Assembly (NCBI RefSeq): GCF_009914755.1
Contig: NC_060945.1
Source: the human T2T-CHM13v2.0 reference genome, Homo sapiens
DNA length: 64,000 nucleotides
Reading direction: 5' to 3' (one strand)
The position numbers and the translations under genes were made by a program. Below the pieces are notes generated by a model. It made no database searches. It was given only the letters and a program-made list of their open reading frames with translations, and had not been told where the DNA came from. The first letter of the stretch is position 1; each line of letters starts with the position of its first letter. This document shows positions 41,351-56,797 of the stretch, in pieces.

Positions 41351-43710
41351 GATCCCCTCATCCTTTTAGTTTTTGCCCCTGCAGCCCTCTGGCCTGTCCC
41401 CAGGGCCCTGTACCGTTGGCCACCCCCAAGATGACCTGGACATGGGCTTCAGCAAAGGCAGCAACCCCAGCATATCTCCATTTGATAGGGAGGAACCTCA
41501 GGCCCACCACAGGAGCCCTGGGTGGGCTGCAGGTGGTGTAGGTGCTGGCTGAACCACAATGCACCCATGTTGGAGGATGCACCCTAGGATGGGCAGCAGC
41601 AGGAGGTCTCCCGGCCCAACAACTGGTAGTGGTACCTGAGAACAAAGGAGGAGAAGGATGCTTCGGATACAGGTGTGGAGAAGCCCAAGGAGGAAAAAGA
41701 AGATTTGGACTATGGGCTGCTGGATGGCCTCAAGGACCCCATCCCAGAAAAGGAACTTTGAGACTTATACCAAGGGCTGAGATGAAAGTGCTCCCTCTTT
41801 TCTATCCTGGAACTGCTGCAAACTTCAGTGTGACATCACAGCGCCTTGTTTCCCTATTTGTAAAATGGGATTTTATGGGGGTTCCAATGAGACACTGGAC
41901 CGAGAGCATTTTGAGAATTGTAAAAAATGTACAGTGAGTGAGGGAATAATTATTATCAATGGACCATTGCTCTTCCAATAGTTAGTATTCTTTAGCAAAT
42001 ATTTAAAGGTAAAATATGATTTGTTGAGGAGGTTTGCAGCAGCTGAGGCCCTCAAGAGTCTTTTCTGTCTCCGTTGAAAGCTGGCCTCTGACAGGGACCT
42101 TCTTGGTGCTACCCCTGGGCCCCTCATCCTTTGTGCAGGCTTCTCAGGGTTCTTATTTATATTGCATCTTGTGGTTCCCTAGTGGATGGCATGCTGCATC
42201 TTCACTCAGAGCTAACTGCATCTCCTCCAGGCCCATGTCCCTTGTGCAGCACCCACTGGTCCCTCACCAGGATTCAAAACCTTCTGTGACTGACCTCTGC
42301 TGACCTCCCAACTTTATCCCCCCTCATTCTTTCTGCTCCTCCAGTTCCATGCCTGTGCCCCTCAATCCTGTGGCTCACACTCTCACCCAAGCTGTTCTCC
42401 ATCAGGATTTCCTTGGCTCCCTTTTCTGGTAGGCAAATTTATTTTCATCCTTCCAAGCCCTGCACAGATGTCCTCTGTGCAGAAAGCTCTCCCTGAGGTC
42501 ACACAGTCCAGGAACAAGGTAGTTCTTGCTCCTGTGCTCTCTCTGGGTTTTGTGCCTTTATCACTTTGGTGTAACTGCCTGCCTCCTGCTGAAGGGAGGC
42601 ATTTTGGCTTTACTCACCTCAGTATCTCCTGGGTCCAGCTGGGTGTCTGGCCTGGCCCAGAATTGGCGCTCATCAAGGGTGTATAGAACTCACAAGGACC
42701 CAGGAATGTTTTGCAAATAATACCACCCTCCCACACTTCTCCAATGTTTACTTTCTAAGATCCTTTACTCTTTGACATTCAAATTTCTAAATGGCCTGTA
42801 TGTGTTTACAAAGCCTGGGAAAATGCCTTCAGAGGACAAACAAACCCCACCAGCAGAATGTATTTGCATTGACTAGGATTATGGATGAAATTCAGCTTTC
42901 CGGCAAATGAATCATTTGGCATTGGCTAAGTATCTGCTCTGTGCCAGATACTCAGCTGTGATCTCTAGAAAGAGACATGAACTACTGACACAGTACTTGA
43001 CCCCGAAGAGCTCAGAATCCAGTGAGCTTGATTTCTTGTAAGTTAGAGACAGAGTTCAGAGCAGAAGCTCAGGCAGGAGAAAAGTAAAATGGACACACTA
43101 GAGGCAGTGACAGCCACACAGCTGTCTGGGGACACTGAGTGCAGCAACAAATAGCTTAGGCTGCCTTGGCAGCCCACGAAGGTATCACGGTTTCCTATTG
43201 CAGCATCTCAGTGATGCTTTTGTTATGCTGATCTCTGCAAAGCCCTCCGTGCCCCAGCCCAGGATGGTGACAGCCATGCTGTGGAGAAAAGGGCAGTGAC
43301 TAGGACCACAGGCTCAGAGCTTGTACCCTGGACCACCTGGGAATGGGAGCCCTTCACATGTTCTCTGCCTCTGTGTTCAGGTTGGGGGTCCTGGCCAAGG
43401 AAAGGAGATGACCCCCATGCTGGGTCAAAAGAACACACTCCCGGGAACAGACTCTCTCTTCTTTCTGGGTAATTTCTGCCTCTGCAGTGAATGGTGTAAC
43501 CAGACACATCCTCTCTATTGGTATGACACAAAGACAGGCGTTCCTGCTCGTGGGCTGAATCCTCAGGTGAGGGGAGGTGTAGTACATTCCTGTGCTCTGC
43601 TGACTAAGGCAGGGACACATGTCACCCCATCAGAATGAGTGCCAGACAAATGGCTACAATAAAATCATTTCCAATAATCAAAGGAGTCACCTTCATTCAT
43701 CTACAAATAC

Positions 43711-44003
43711 TTTTCCTTTTCTTTTTCTTTTTTTTTTTTTTTTTTGAGATGGAGTCTTGCTCTGTCACCTAGGCTGGAGTGCAGTGGCATGATCTTGGCT
43801 CACCACAACCTCCGCCTCCTGGGTTCAAGCGATTCTCCTACCTCAGCCTCCTGAGTAGCTGAGACTACAGGAGCCCACCACCACATCTGGCTAATTTTTG
43901 TATTTTTCATAGCCAGGCTGGTCTTGAGTTCCTGACCTTGTGATCCACCCGCCTTGGCCTCCTAAAGTGCTGGGATTACAGGTGTGAGCCACCACACCTG
44001 GCC
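43711..44003 (-). mobile_element. Alu (AluS) with an internal deletion
   Basis: Dimer lacking the gtagagacggggtttcaccatg segment near 43910. Confidence 0.93.
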
Positions 44004-44781
44004 CAAGTTTTTTTCTATAAAACCACCTATTGCACTCAGGGTAGGGTAAATGATGCATCATGCCTGCTGGCAACTTGGGCCCTATCTGGAAAGTGAGTGC
44101 CCACCACCATGGCACAGTGCTGTGCAGTGCCTGTGTGGTGCTGAATCTCAGGAGCAGCCCCTATCCTGTGAACCACAACTACAGGGAACTTAGACGTAAG
44201 CAAAGACCTCTGGTGGCCAAGCCTGCCAGAAAGCAGATGCTAACCCTGTCCTGGGGATCTGCAGGGAGGTCGGGCCAGTGGAGAGGTGGCGAGACCAATG
44301 TGTGGTCTCCCCAACTCCCGCCCATGCTATGCAATGGGGGCGACCACACACCCGATCTGCCTGGGAGGGTCCTGGTGTGCCCACTGCCTCGCTGAGTTAT
44401 GAGGGGTGCTGCCTCTCACATCTCACCGGTATCGCATTTGAAGGACAAATTATGTCTTCCCTTCCCCACCCTGTGGACCTCCGTTTCCTCATGTGCAAGT
44501 GGGGGATGATATGTTTACATGGTTATGCAGTGGTGGTATCGATGGGATCCATCTGTCAATACCCTGCATCCAGCGACCACCTGGAGCACACCTGCAGTTC
44601 GCAAGCTGGGCTTCCTGCTGCAGTGAGGGGAGCAAGCACTGCCTGGAGCCAGGGAGCCTCTCTGAAGGAGGTGTTGGAAAGGACTTGTTCCTGAATTTGG
44701 GCTTGTATTGGGAGCTTGGGGGAGGGTTGAAAGAAGCCTTTGCTCTAGATTGCTTGCTGACTGTATCATGGTGTGGCTTCA

Positions 44782-45759
<978 letters not shown>

Positions 45760-45760
<1 letters not shown>

Positions 45761-45947
45761 TTATTTTTTTTTTTATTTTTTATTTTTTTTTTCATCTTTG
45801 CCCTACTGTTTTTATTTTATAAAGTTCTCAAATCAAAATACAAAATGAAACCAGAAAACCCTACAAAGTAAAAATGACAAAATGTGAACATCTGTTTATT
45901 CTGGTTGATGGGTTATTACATTATTCTGCTTTTCTATATTTTCTAGA
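45760..45947 (-). mobile_element. Probable SVA 3' transduction with a second poly(A) tail
   Basis: ~155 bp of non-SVA sequence between the SVA tail and a second poly-T (45760-45792). Minus-strand AATAAA (tttatt at 45811-45816) lies 18 nt from that tail. Confidence 0.75.
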
Positions 45948-47420
45948 CTTTTTATTTTACTTTTTTTTTTATTGATCATTCTTGGGTGTTTCTCGCAGAG
46001 GGGGATTTGGCAGGGTCATAGGACAATAGTGGAGGGAAGGTCAGCAGATAAACAAGTGAACAAAGGTCTCTGGTTTTCCTAGGCAGAGGACCCTGCGGCC
46101 TTCCGCAGTGTTTGTGTCCTTGGGTACTTGAGATTAGGGAGTGGTGATGACTCTTAACGAGCATGTTGCCTTCAAGCATCTGTTTAACAAAGCACATCTT
46201 GCACCGCCCTTGACCCATTTAACCCTGAGTGGACACAGCACATGTTTCAGAGAGCACAGGGTTGGGGGTAAGGTCATAGATCAACAGGATCCCAAGGCAG
46301 AAGAATTTTTCTTAGTACAGAACAAAATGAAAAGTCTCCCATGTCTACTTCTTTCTACACAGACACAGCAGCCATCCGATTTCTCAATCTTTTCCCTACC
46401 TTTCCCCCTTTTCTATTCCACAAAACCGCGATTGTCATCATGGCCCGTTCTCAATGAGCTGTTGGGTAACCTCCCAGACGGGGTTGTGGCCGGACAGAGG
46501 GGCTCCTCACTTCCCAGTAGGGGCGGCTGGGCAGAGTCGCCCCTCACCTCCCGGATGGGGTGGCTGGCCGGGCAGGGGCTGACCCCTCACCTCCCTCCCG
46601 GACAGGGCAGCTGGCCGGGCGGGTCTGATCCCCCACCTCCCTCCCGGACGGGGCGGCTGCCGGGCGGAGAAGCTCCTCACTTCCCAGACAGGGTGGCTGC
46701 CGGGCAGAGGCGCTCCTCACATCCCAGACGGGGCGGTGGAGCAGAGGCACTCCCCACATCTCAGATGATGGGCGGCCGGGCAGAGACACTCCTCACTTCC
46801 TAGATGGGATGGCGGCCGGGAAGAGGCGCTCCTCACTTCCTAGACGGGATGGCGCCGGGCAGAGACGCTCCTCACTTTCCAGACTGGGCAGCCAGGCAGA
46901 GGGGCTCCTCACATCCCAGATGATGGGCAGCCAGGCAGAGACACTCCTCACTTCCCAGACGGGGTGGCGGCCGGGCAGAGGCTGCAATCTCGGCACTTTG
47001 GGAGGCCAAGGCAGGTGGCTGGGAGGTGGTTGTAGCGAGCCGAGATCACGCCACTGCACTCCAGCCTGGGCACCATTGAGCACTGAGTGAACGAGACTCC
47101 GTCTGCAATCCTGCCACCTCGGGAGGCCGAGGCTGGCGGATCACTCGTGGCTAGGAGCTGGAGACCAGCCCGGCCAACACAGCGAAACCCCGTCTCCAGC
47201 AAAAAAATATGAAAACCAGTCAGGCGTGGCAGCGCGCGCCTGCAATCGCAGGCACTTGGCAGGCTGAGGCAGGAGAATCAGGCAGGGAGGTTGCAGTGAG
47301 CCGAGATGGCAGCAGTACAGTCCAGCTTCGGCTCGCCATCAGAGGGAGACCGTGGAAAGAGAGGGAGAGGGAGACCGTGGGGAAAGAGGGAGAGGGAGAG
47401 GGAGAGGGAGAGGGAGAGGG
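45948..47420 (-). mobile_element. SVA retrotransposon (SVA_C/D-like), near full length with a short VNTR
   Basis: Poly-T at 45948-45970, SINE-R (attgatcattcttgggtgtttctcgcagagggggatttggcagggtcatagg...), GC-rich VNTR at ~46470-46980, Alu-like domain at ~46980-47340, and (GGAGAG)n = (CCCTCT)n hexamer ending at 47420. Confidence 0.97.
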
Positions 47421-48748
47421 CAGGTGTTTTTCATTCATTCCTCTGAAGCACATGGTGTTTTCATTTCTAATTTGTGGAAGAATTTAGTGCAAAACTTGGA
47501 GCACAATTATTAGGGCCAATGACAACCCACATATGTGGAATTTTGAGGACTTTTGCAGATTTTATGGATTTGGTGCAGTTCTACAGCAAACTATAAAATT
47601 ATTATTGCAGACTAAAAGATTGTAAAAGTTAAAACACAAACTATCTGAATTACAGCGCCCAGCAAAACGTTCAAGAAACAGTTAAGTCATCACGCACATC
47701 CCTATCATTTGGTATTCTAATGCTTCATTTAGCTAAATATTTTTTATCAGCTTTTTGTCTTAATAATTTCTGGAAATAGGATGATAATTTTGTTTTCACA
47801 GTTGGTGATTGTATATGGACAGAAGGTATGAAAGAGGATGAGATTTCTAACTTTCAGATAAAAAGTTTGGCATATTCTATTAGTTCCACCTCATTAATTT
47901 TATTACTTATTTTTTTCAGTTCTTATTTTGTTTCATTTTTGAATATGGTATCTGCTGTATGTTGATAATGGTGAGTTAAAAATTTATCAGCTGCAGCCAT
48001 ACATCTGTCTGTTTTTTGTTTTATATATATACACTTTGGGGCTTTTTTATTTGGTATATTAAAGTTTATTCATGTCATATCTTTATTATTAGCTTACCAA
48101 TTTAACATAATACAATGCTCTTTTAACTCAATAAGAGACTTGAAATACTACATAGCCTGCAATTATATTACCAAATCTGCTTTTCTTTTGTATATATTTA
48201 ATTAGTTACAATGTACCCAATCCTTAATTTATGCCCCTCTAATCCAGCTTTCGGTTGTTTCTAGGCAGCAACATCTTGTAACATTGTGTTGTTGGATTTT
48301 GTTTTAATTCAACTTAAGACACGGTAAACATAGATAGTGGAATTTAAGCCCTTAACACCCAATACCAATTTATTTTGAACTGTTTAAACTCACGATCCTC
48401 TACTTCTTTTCCTTGCTTATGGCTTTGTAGAGGCCGGCGTGCAGCACTAAGAGGGTAAGGAACGCAGTGGGAAATCTCTGAGCCCCATTTAGGGTTGTCG
48501 CAAATAGAAAGAGGCCAGGTCCTCTTGCTTACTTTGTTGGTGGGGTTCCCTCGCACACTCATGCCTTCTTGAATGCTCATATTCATGCACTTTCACACTC
48601 ACTTCCCCACGTTCACGCCTCACACAGTAGTGTATATAACATTTTCTGGTTTTACAGTGTTTAAAACTTAGCCTTTAGGGGTGACTGATGCTTTTCTGGG
48701 TAAAATGCTGAGCACTGTGAAGGGACTGCATGAGATCAAAAGATCCCC

Positions 48749-49392
48749 CATCCTGGGAGAAGTTCTGGCTGATTTGGGAGCTGATCCCTGGAGAAGTTCT
48801 GGTTGATTTGGGAGCTGATCCTTGGAGAAGTTCTGGTTGATTTGGGAGCTGATCCTGGGAGAAGTTCTGGCTGATTTGGGGGCTGATCCTTGGAGAAGTT
48901 CTGGTTGATTTGGGGGCTGAACCTTGGAGAAGTTCTGGTAGATTTGGGAGCTGAACCTTGGAGAAGTTCTGGTTGATTTGGGAGCTGAACCTTGGAGAAG
49001 TTTTGGTTGATTTGGGAGCTGATCCTTGGAGAAGTTTTGGTTGATTTGGGGGCTGATCCTTGGAGAAGTTCTGGTTGATTTGGGAGCTGATCCTTGGAGA
49101 AGTTCTGGTTGATTTGGGAGCTGATCCTTGGAGAAGTTCTGGTTGACTTGGGGGCTGAACCTTTGAGAAGTTCTGGTTGATTTGGGAGCTGATCCTTGGA
49201 GAAGTTCTGGTTGACTTGGGGGCTGAACCTTTGAGAAGTTCTGGTTGATTTGGGAGCTGATCCTTGGAGAAGTTTTGGTTGATTTGGGAGCTGATCCTTG
49301 GAGAAGTTCCGGCTGATTTGGGAGCTGATCCTTGGAGAAATTCTGGCTGATTTGGGAGCTGAACCTTGGAGAAGTTCTGACTGATCCTTGGT
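48749..49392 (+). repeat. 34-bp VNTR, ~19 copies, consensus GATCCTTGGAGAAGTTCTGGTTGATTTGGGAGCT
   Basis: Highly homogeneous units; the 34-aa periodicity of the antisense ORFs equals 3 x 34 bp. Confidence 0.97.
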
Positions 49393-50985
49393 GAGCATCA
49401 TGCACTCCTGGGTTTTATCCTCTGCGCATTAGAGAGGTCAGGCCATGAATGGTCCTATATCAAGATGAGCACTGAACTTGATTATTTTCTTCCTGACTTT
49501 CATAACCAACAATCAGTGCATTATCATTATCTTCTACTCCATGGATTTAAACATCTTGTTTCTGTATAACAAACCAAACTGTGTACTTTTCACACTACAT
49601 GTGATTTAAAAATAATGTTCCTAAGTTTTCAGGGGGTGTCTGTTCATCCTCCTGCTGTTCGTAATTATGCCAACAGTAGTAGCTACCACTGATTGCATTT
49701 CTTTACTGTTCTGACCCTCACTATGTACCCACAGCACCTTACCCCAGCCCCTGCCTAAGGCACGGGTGTTATTTCTAGTTGATAGATGCGGAACCCGAGG
49801 CTCCTGTAGCGAATGAACATCAGAGCACATATTTAACCCAGCTTTTGGCTCTAGAAGTCCTCGTTCTTTGTTGTTCAAGGAAGGTGCCATCTGGGACACT
49901 GTCTTTCATGCACCAGGTTGGAGAATGGCATGAGTTAGGGAATCAGCCTTTTTGGGAAGGCAGAAGCTTGCAGAACCCAGGAGGAGAAAAGCCCAGTGTC
50001 CCTCATCCTCTCATCTTTGCCATAGAGAAAACATGAGGACCAAGATGTTTTTCTGACCAGTAGCATGGACTTGCATTCCACTGGGGCCACTCTGACTTTT
50101 ACAAAGGGCAAGCCTGAAAGCAAACTTGTCGATGTTGAATGAGATTTCCTCAGTACCAAGCAGTCTGCATGTGGTGTAGCTGTTTATGAATTGCCTGGGA
50201 ACAGGAACTGCCCAGAACCTGGGTATCCTGGGACTTGTGGGGAAAAGGGGCTATGAGGATATCAGTGCTACAGGTCGCTTAGTGTCACATGGTCCCTATT
50301 TCCAGGGACCCAGTGTTGAGGATTCTCAGTGAGCATGTGTTTCAGGCAAGTCAGAGCGAGCGTCTGGAGCCACTTTGCGACAATCCACTTATTGCTCCTT
50401 CTACAATCCAGCACTGTTCTCATATTGTTTGGTAAATTTTGTTTTTTAATATCTCAGCTGGAGAATGTGTGTTTTGTGGAAGAAATGACCAACTAGTAGA
50501 ATGCCTTCCATTTGTAATAAAATCCTTGCTGAGTTTGAGTTAATAGGCCTCCAAGGAAGAGCAAGTTAAAATAGAACTGGACAGAGTGCTAAATAAAATA
50601 CTGTCCAGCATAATCTACTGCCCTCAAGGGAGAGAGCCAAATGACTCAATACGGGTTTTCCATCTTCAATTTCAATAGCCCGATGTCAGGATCAAGCAGC
50701 AGAACATGCTGACTACCTCAGTATGCTCCCTGCATTCAAAGTTTCTTTTCCCATGGCCTCTTCTGCTCCTGTGATGCCATCCCCAAGATGCTTAAAGTTC
50801 ACAGACATGAAAGTCCTTTTACTAGCATTGCAGATCGAGGGGTAGGTAGTGACGTTCTAAAGGAACGAAACAGAATGTGGACCACAGAGAGATCGGCAAT
50901 TAACACTGCCACCTGTTTTAGTCATTTGTTTGTTTTAATTGGGAGGTTTATATATGGTTATAATCTGTCATTTGTATTAATGTAG

Positions 50986-51345
<360 letters not shown>

Positions 51346-51881
51346 TTGAAGTTTTTTAGTTCAATGATCTTGGCATTTTCAAGATTTGCTATGTAATGAC
51401 TGCTCCATACCCCTTTCCTATCCATGGGAGTTCAGTTTCAAATGCACTGAGCATTCAAAGTAAGTCATCCTGGAAACAGCATGTCTGGTGATTTCCTAGT
51501 TGGGAAAATCTTCTGTTTAGCTGAGAGGGAAATTGCTATGGTTTGAGAAGAGACATTCTATGGTGAAATTTAGGGGAGAAATATATTATCTTTACAGGCG
51601 TCCTGGATACAAAACCAAACTGCGCTGCGCTCTACATGAAGAACTAATTTTATTGTGGGGTTTTTTTTGTTTTTTTTTGTTTTCAGAAAGTCTGAGGCTG
51701 ATATGAATGGAGTAGAGAAAGAGGGAAGGATGGTAGGAAAACACACCTCATTTTCCAGCCAGTGGCCATAGCCAGCCTCATCCCCAAGAAGCCTAAACAT
51801 TTTATACTTGTGTGAGTCTTCATATGAGCACATTCACTTCACTAAGGCTGCAACGTCCTGGAGAGATGAATGGTTTCCATT

Positions 51882-52063
51882 CACAGATGACAACCCTGAT
51901 GGCCCATACTCAGTGACAGGGATGGTCCACAGCTGACAAACCTGGTGGCCCATACTTGGTGACAGGGATGGTCCACAGCTGACAACACTAGTGGCCTATA
52001 CTCAGTGATGAGGATGGTCCACAACTGACAACCCTGGTGGTCCATACTCAGTGACAGGGATGG
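51882..52063 (+). repeat. 46-bp tandem repeat x~4 (tgacaaccctggtggcccatactcagtgacagggatggtccacagc)
   Basis: Unit starts at 51888, 51934, 51980 and 52026. Confidence 0.93.
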
Positions 52064-52399
52064 AAGTCCTTCTCCATTTGCCCTTTATTAGAGAGATATA
52101 TCAGGCTCATTGTGTGGAAGGAAACATTTTCCAATGTACTCCACATGCACTCTGTGATGCTCATTGTCCTCTGACATGTAATTAAACACTGACACTTTTC
52201 TCCTAGCTTTCCTAAATGGCTAATGACAGAGGGGTGGTACCAGCTGCCCCAGGGTAAACTACTGAGCAAATCTAAAGGTGTGTCTTCTAGTTCCATCTTC
52301 TGTTAGAAAAACCAAATGCTCACAAAATGCAATAACAGTTTAAACCACAACTGCTCTCTCACAATGTTTTTCATCAATCATTATAATAATATTGTTTTT

Positions 52400-53510
52400 A
52401 AAATAAACTTTGTTTTAGGAGATTTGCATATCTACAGAAACATTGTGAACTTAGAGTAGACAGAGTTCACATCCACCCCCGGCTGTGTTTATCATTAACG
52501 TCTTACAATATTATATATATTATATTAGTGCATTTATTATTATTCATGTACCAATATTGATATATTTTTATTACTTAAAGCCTATATTTTACTTATATTT
52601 ATGTGGTTTACACTGAGTGTCCTTTTCTGTTCTGGGATCTCATTCAGGATCCCAAGAAACATTTAGCTGTCAAGTCTCCTGAGGCTCCTCTGGCTGAGGC
52701 AGTTGCTGGGACATTTTCTGCTTTGTATGACCTTGCAGGTTTGGAAGAGCACCAATCAGGGGTACAATAGGATGCCCCATACTGAAATCTTTATGTTGTT
52801 ATTCTCATGATTAGACTGGGGTCATGGCTTTTAGGGAGGAGAACCACAGAGGTAAGGTGCCATCGTCATCACATCATCTGAAGGGTACATACTGTCAACA
52901 TGACTAATCACTATTTATGGTGACCTTGTTCACCTTGCCAAGGTGGTGTTTGTTAGGTTTTCTCTTTCCATAGTGCACTCTTTAGAAGGAGGCTACTTTG
53001 TGCAGCCCACACTTAATGAGTGAGAAGTTTTGCTCCACCTCCTGAGGGTGGAGTATCCAGACAAATTATTTAGAATTCTTATGCATAATTTGTCTCATAT
53101 CTCCCATTTAAATATTTACTCAATTATCTATTAGTACCAGTATGGACTCATGGATATTTATTTGGTACTTTGAGTTAAAATTATATATTATTCTATTTAT
53201 TTTATTGCTCAAATTTTTCCAGTTCAAAAATTACCCACTACAATAGTTATGTAGTGGTACTTTGTTGTCATTTTAAGTTGCAATTCTCTGTTGACAAACA
53301 ATATTGAGCATTTTTTCATATCCTTATTTGGCATCTGTTTACCTTCTTTGGTGAGGGGTCTGTTCAGGTTTTTTTACATTATTTAACTGGGTTGCTTGTT
53401 TTCTTATTGTTGAATTTTAAGAGTTCTTTGTACATTTTAGATACACATTTTTTATCAGATATGCATTTTGAAAATATTTTCTACAAGTCTGTGGCTTGTC
53501 TATGATACTT
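52400..53510 (-). mobile_element. L1MC-type 3' UTR
   Basis: ttttctgttctgggatctcattcagga, tcatgattagactggggtcatgg, ccacagaggtaaggtgccat..catcacatc motifs. Confidence 0.75.
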
Positions 53511-54319
53511 TTAAAAATCTATTTTCACACTCTAATGAGACATATGAAGAGGAAAGAAGTTAGTTAATTATAGGAGACCAATCATGTCTCTACATGGGGG
53601 TGTGTGAAGCCTCCTCCCTGGAGGAATCTACTTTTCCTTGGTCTTCCAAATACATTGTTATTTCCAAAACCATATATGAGGAGTATAAAAAAGATATGAG
53701 AATATATCAATACTCAAATAAAGAGAAAGTGTACTTAAAAAAAGAATTCTCACAATGACCAGTGAGGTAGATAAAACAGACATACATAAGCGTTCACGTT
53801 TATCAGATGCAGAAACTGAAGCCCAGGTAAGCCATATGACCCAGCTAGAGTCACTCAGTCGGCAAGAGATGGAGCCATGACTACACTCTTAGATTCTATC
53901 TCCTGGCCCCAAATTCACTTACCTTCATCACACTAGAACCATATCATGTTAGCCAACAGACCATCAGTGTGTTTGTTTAAAGTGCTAACTTACTGATAAT
54001 TCATGCATTTAACAGTGTATTTTTCAGATGCATTTGACCCTTGCTGTGTCAGATAAGTCACTTATTCAAAATGGAATAAGTTAAGATGTAGCATGAGCCT
54101 AACCGTGTCTTTGCTTTCTTGGCACTGTAAAGCTACAGTGGATCCTAAGTATTCTATCATCTGATTCTTCCAGACAATTCTTTATTGTACTCAACATTTT
54201 AGTGGCAGTAGTCCTTGGAATTTGCTAATCATTTTCCTTAAGAGTTTTGGAGGAAAATATCTGTTACTTAGCCAGCTAGCCAATTAGAAAATTAAAAGTC
54301 CCTTTAGATCATAATTTAC

Positions 54320-56797
54320 CAGTCTTGAGACTACTGGCTTTTGGGCTGGATAATTCTTTGGTGTGGTGGGCTCTGATATATTATAAGATGCTTAGCAGCA
54401 TTCCAGGACTGTCCCTGCTAGATGCCAGTAGTATCCCTCCAGGATGCCACAACCATAAATGTCTCTAGAGATTGACAAGTGTCCCTTGGGGGCTCTATTG
54501 GTCCATTTTCACACTGCTGATAAAGATATACCTGAGACTGGGAAGAAAAATAGGTTTAATGGACTCCCAATTCCATGTGGCTTGGGAGGTCTCACAATCA
54601 TGGCAGAAGGAAACAGACACTTCTTACATGGCAGCAGCAAGAGAGAATGAGAACTGACTGAAAGGGGTTTCCCCTTATAAAACCATCATATCTCGTAAGA
54701 CTTACTGTCACAAGAGCAGCACAGGAAATACGTGCCCCCATGATTCAGTTACCCCCCACTTGGTCCCTCCCACAACACGGAATTGTGGCAGCTACAATTC
54801 AAGATGAGATTTCTGTGGGGACACAGCCAAAACATATCATTCTGTCCCTGGCCCCTCCCAAATCTCATGTCCTCAAATTTCAAAACCAATCATGCCTTCC
54901 CAGTAGAACCCCAAATTGTTAACCCATTTCAGCATTAATTCAAAAGTTTACAGTCCAATGTCTCATCTGAGACGAGGCAAGTCCCCTCTGTCTGTGAGCC
55001 CATAAAATCAAAAGCAAGTTAATTACTTTCTAGATACAATGTAGGTACATGTATTGGGTAAATACAGCTGTTACAAATGGGAGAAATTGGCCAAAACAAA
55101 GGGGCTACAGGCCCCATGCAAGTCCAAAATGCAGCAGGGAAGTCAAATTTTAAAGCTCCAAAATGATATCTTTTGACTCCATGTCTCACATCTGGGTCAT
55201 GCTGATGCAAGAGATGGGTTCCCGTGGTCTCAGGCAGCTCTGCCCCTGTGGCTTTGGAGGATACTGCCTCCCTCCCAGCTGCTTTCATGGGCTGGTATTG
55301 AGTGTCTGTGGCTTTTCCAGGTGCATTGTGCAAGCTGTCAGTGGATCTACCATTCTGGGGTCTGGAGGATGGTGGCTCTCTTCTTACAGCTTCACTAGGC
55401 AGCACCCTAGTGGGGAGTCTGTGGGGATCCCCACCCTACATTTCTCTTCTTCACTGCCCTGGTAGAGGTTCTCCATGAGGGCCCCACTGCTGCAGCAAAC
55501 TTTTGCCTGGACATCCAGATGTTTCCATAATATCTTCTGAAAAACTAGGCAGAGGTTCCCAAACCTCAATTCTTGACTCCTGTGCACCTGCAGGCTCAAC
55601 ACCACATGGAAGCTGCCAAGGCTTGGAACTTGCACCTTCTGAAGCCATGGCCCAAGCTGTACCTTGGCTCCTTTTAGTCATGGATGGAGCAACTGGAACA
55701 CAGTCCTTAGACTGCACACAGCAGAGAGACTCTGGTCCCGGCCAATGACACCATTTCTTCCTCCTAGGCCTCTGGGCCTGTGGTGGGAGGAGCTACCACG
55801 AAGGTCTCTGACATGCCCTGGAGACATTTTCCCCATTGTCTTGGTGATTAACATTCAGCTCCTCATTAATTATGCAAATTTCTGCAGCCAGCTTGAATTT
55901 CTCCTTAGAAAATGGGATTTTATTTTCTATCACATTGTCAGGCTGCAAATTTGTCAAACTTTTATGCTCTGTTTCCCTTTTAAAACTGAACACCTTTAAC
56001 AGCACCCAAGTCACACCTTGAATGCTTTGCTGTTTAGAAATTTCTTCTGCCAAATACCCTAAATCATCTCTCTCAAATTCAAAGTTCCACAAATCTCTAG
56101 GTCAGGGGCAAAATGCTGCCAGTATCTTTGCTAAAATATAGCAAGAGTCACCTTTGCTCCAGTTCCCAACAAATTCCTCCTCTCCATCTGAGACCACCTC
56201 AGCCCGGATTTCATTGCCCATATCATTATCAGCATTTTGCTCAAAGCCATTTAAAAAGTCTCTACTAGGGAGTTCCAAATATTCCCACATTTCCTGTCTT
56301 CTTCTGAGCCCTCCAAACAGTTTCAACCTATGCCTGTTAGCCAGTTCCAAAGTTGCTTTCACATTTTTTGGTATCTTTTCAGCAATGCCCCAGTCCACTG
56401 GTACCAATTTACTGTATTAGTTCATTTTCACACTACTGATAAAGACATACCTGAGACTGGAGAGAAAATAGGTTTAATAAACTCAGTTCCATGTGGCTAG
56501 GGAGGCCTCACAATCATGGTGGAAGGCGAAAAGTACTTCTTACATGGCAGCAGCAAGAGAGAATGGGAACTAAGTGAAAAGAGTTCTCCCTTACAAAACC
56601 ATTATGTCTCATGAGACTTATTAATTATCATGAGAAGATCATGGGAAAAGCCTTTCCCCATGATTCAATTACCTCCTACTGGATCCCTCCCACAACATGT
56701 GGGAATTGTGGAAGCTACAATTCAAGATAAGATTTGCATGGGGGCACAGCCAATCCATATCGGGGCAAAGTCCCCTCTGTCAAGAACCACTACTCTA
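54320..56797. mobile_element. MER20 (hAT-Charlie) split by the THE1 insertion: ~54320-54493 and 56762-56797
   Basis: gggctggataattcttt...gcagcattccagga...ctagatgccagtag...aaatgtctctaga...gtcccttggggg resumes after THE1 as ggggcaaagtcccct...aagaaccact. Confidence 0.75.
54494..56761 (-). mobile_element. Full-length THE1B/C MaLR element: LTR 54494-54839, internal 54840-56412, LTR 56413-56761
   Basis: Two similar ~350-bp LTRs (tgtattagt.cattttcacact.ctgataaagacatacctgagactgg...) around THE1-int sequence. ggggc at 54489-54493 and 56762-56766 fits a 5-bp TSD. Confidence 0.93.

Noticed and set aside
46141-47487. ORFs within the SVA
   Set aside because: Standard translations of SINE-R, VNTR and Alu-like domains.
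50000-50230. Exon-like segment after tctcatctttgccatag
   Set aside because: Plus-strand frames contain stops, the donor is weak and I recognise no homolog, so it is not supportable.
55019-56420. Overlapping ORFs in THE1-int
   Set aside because: Fragments of the decayed MaLR internal region with no continuous frame.
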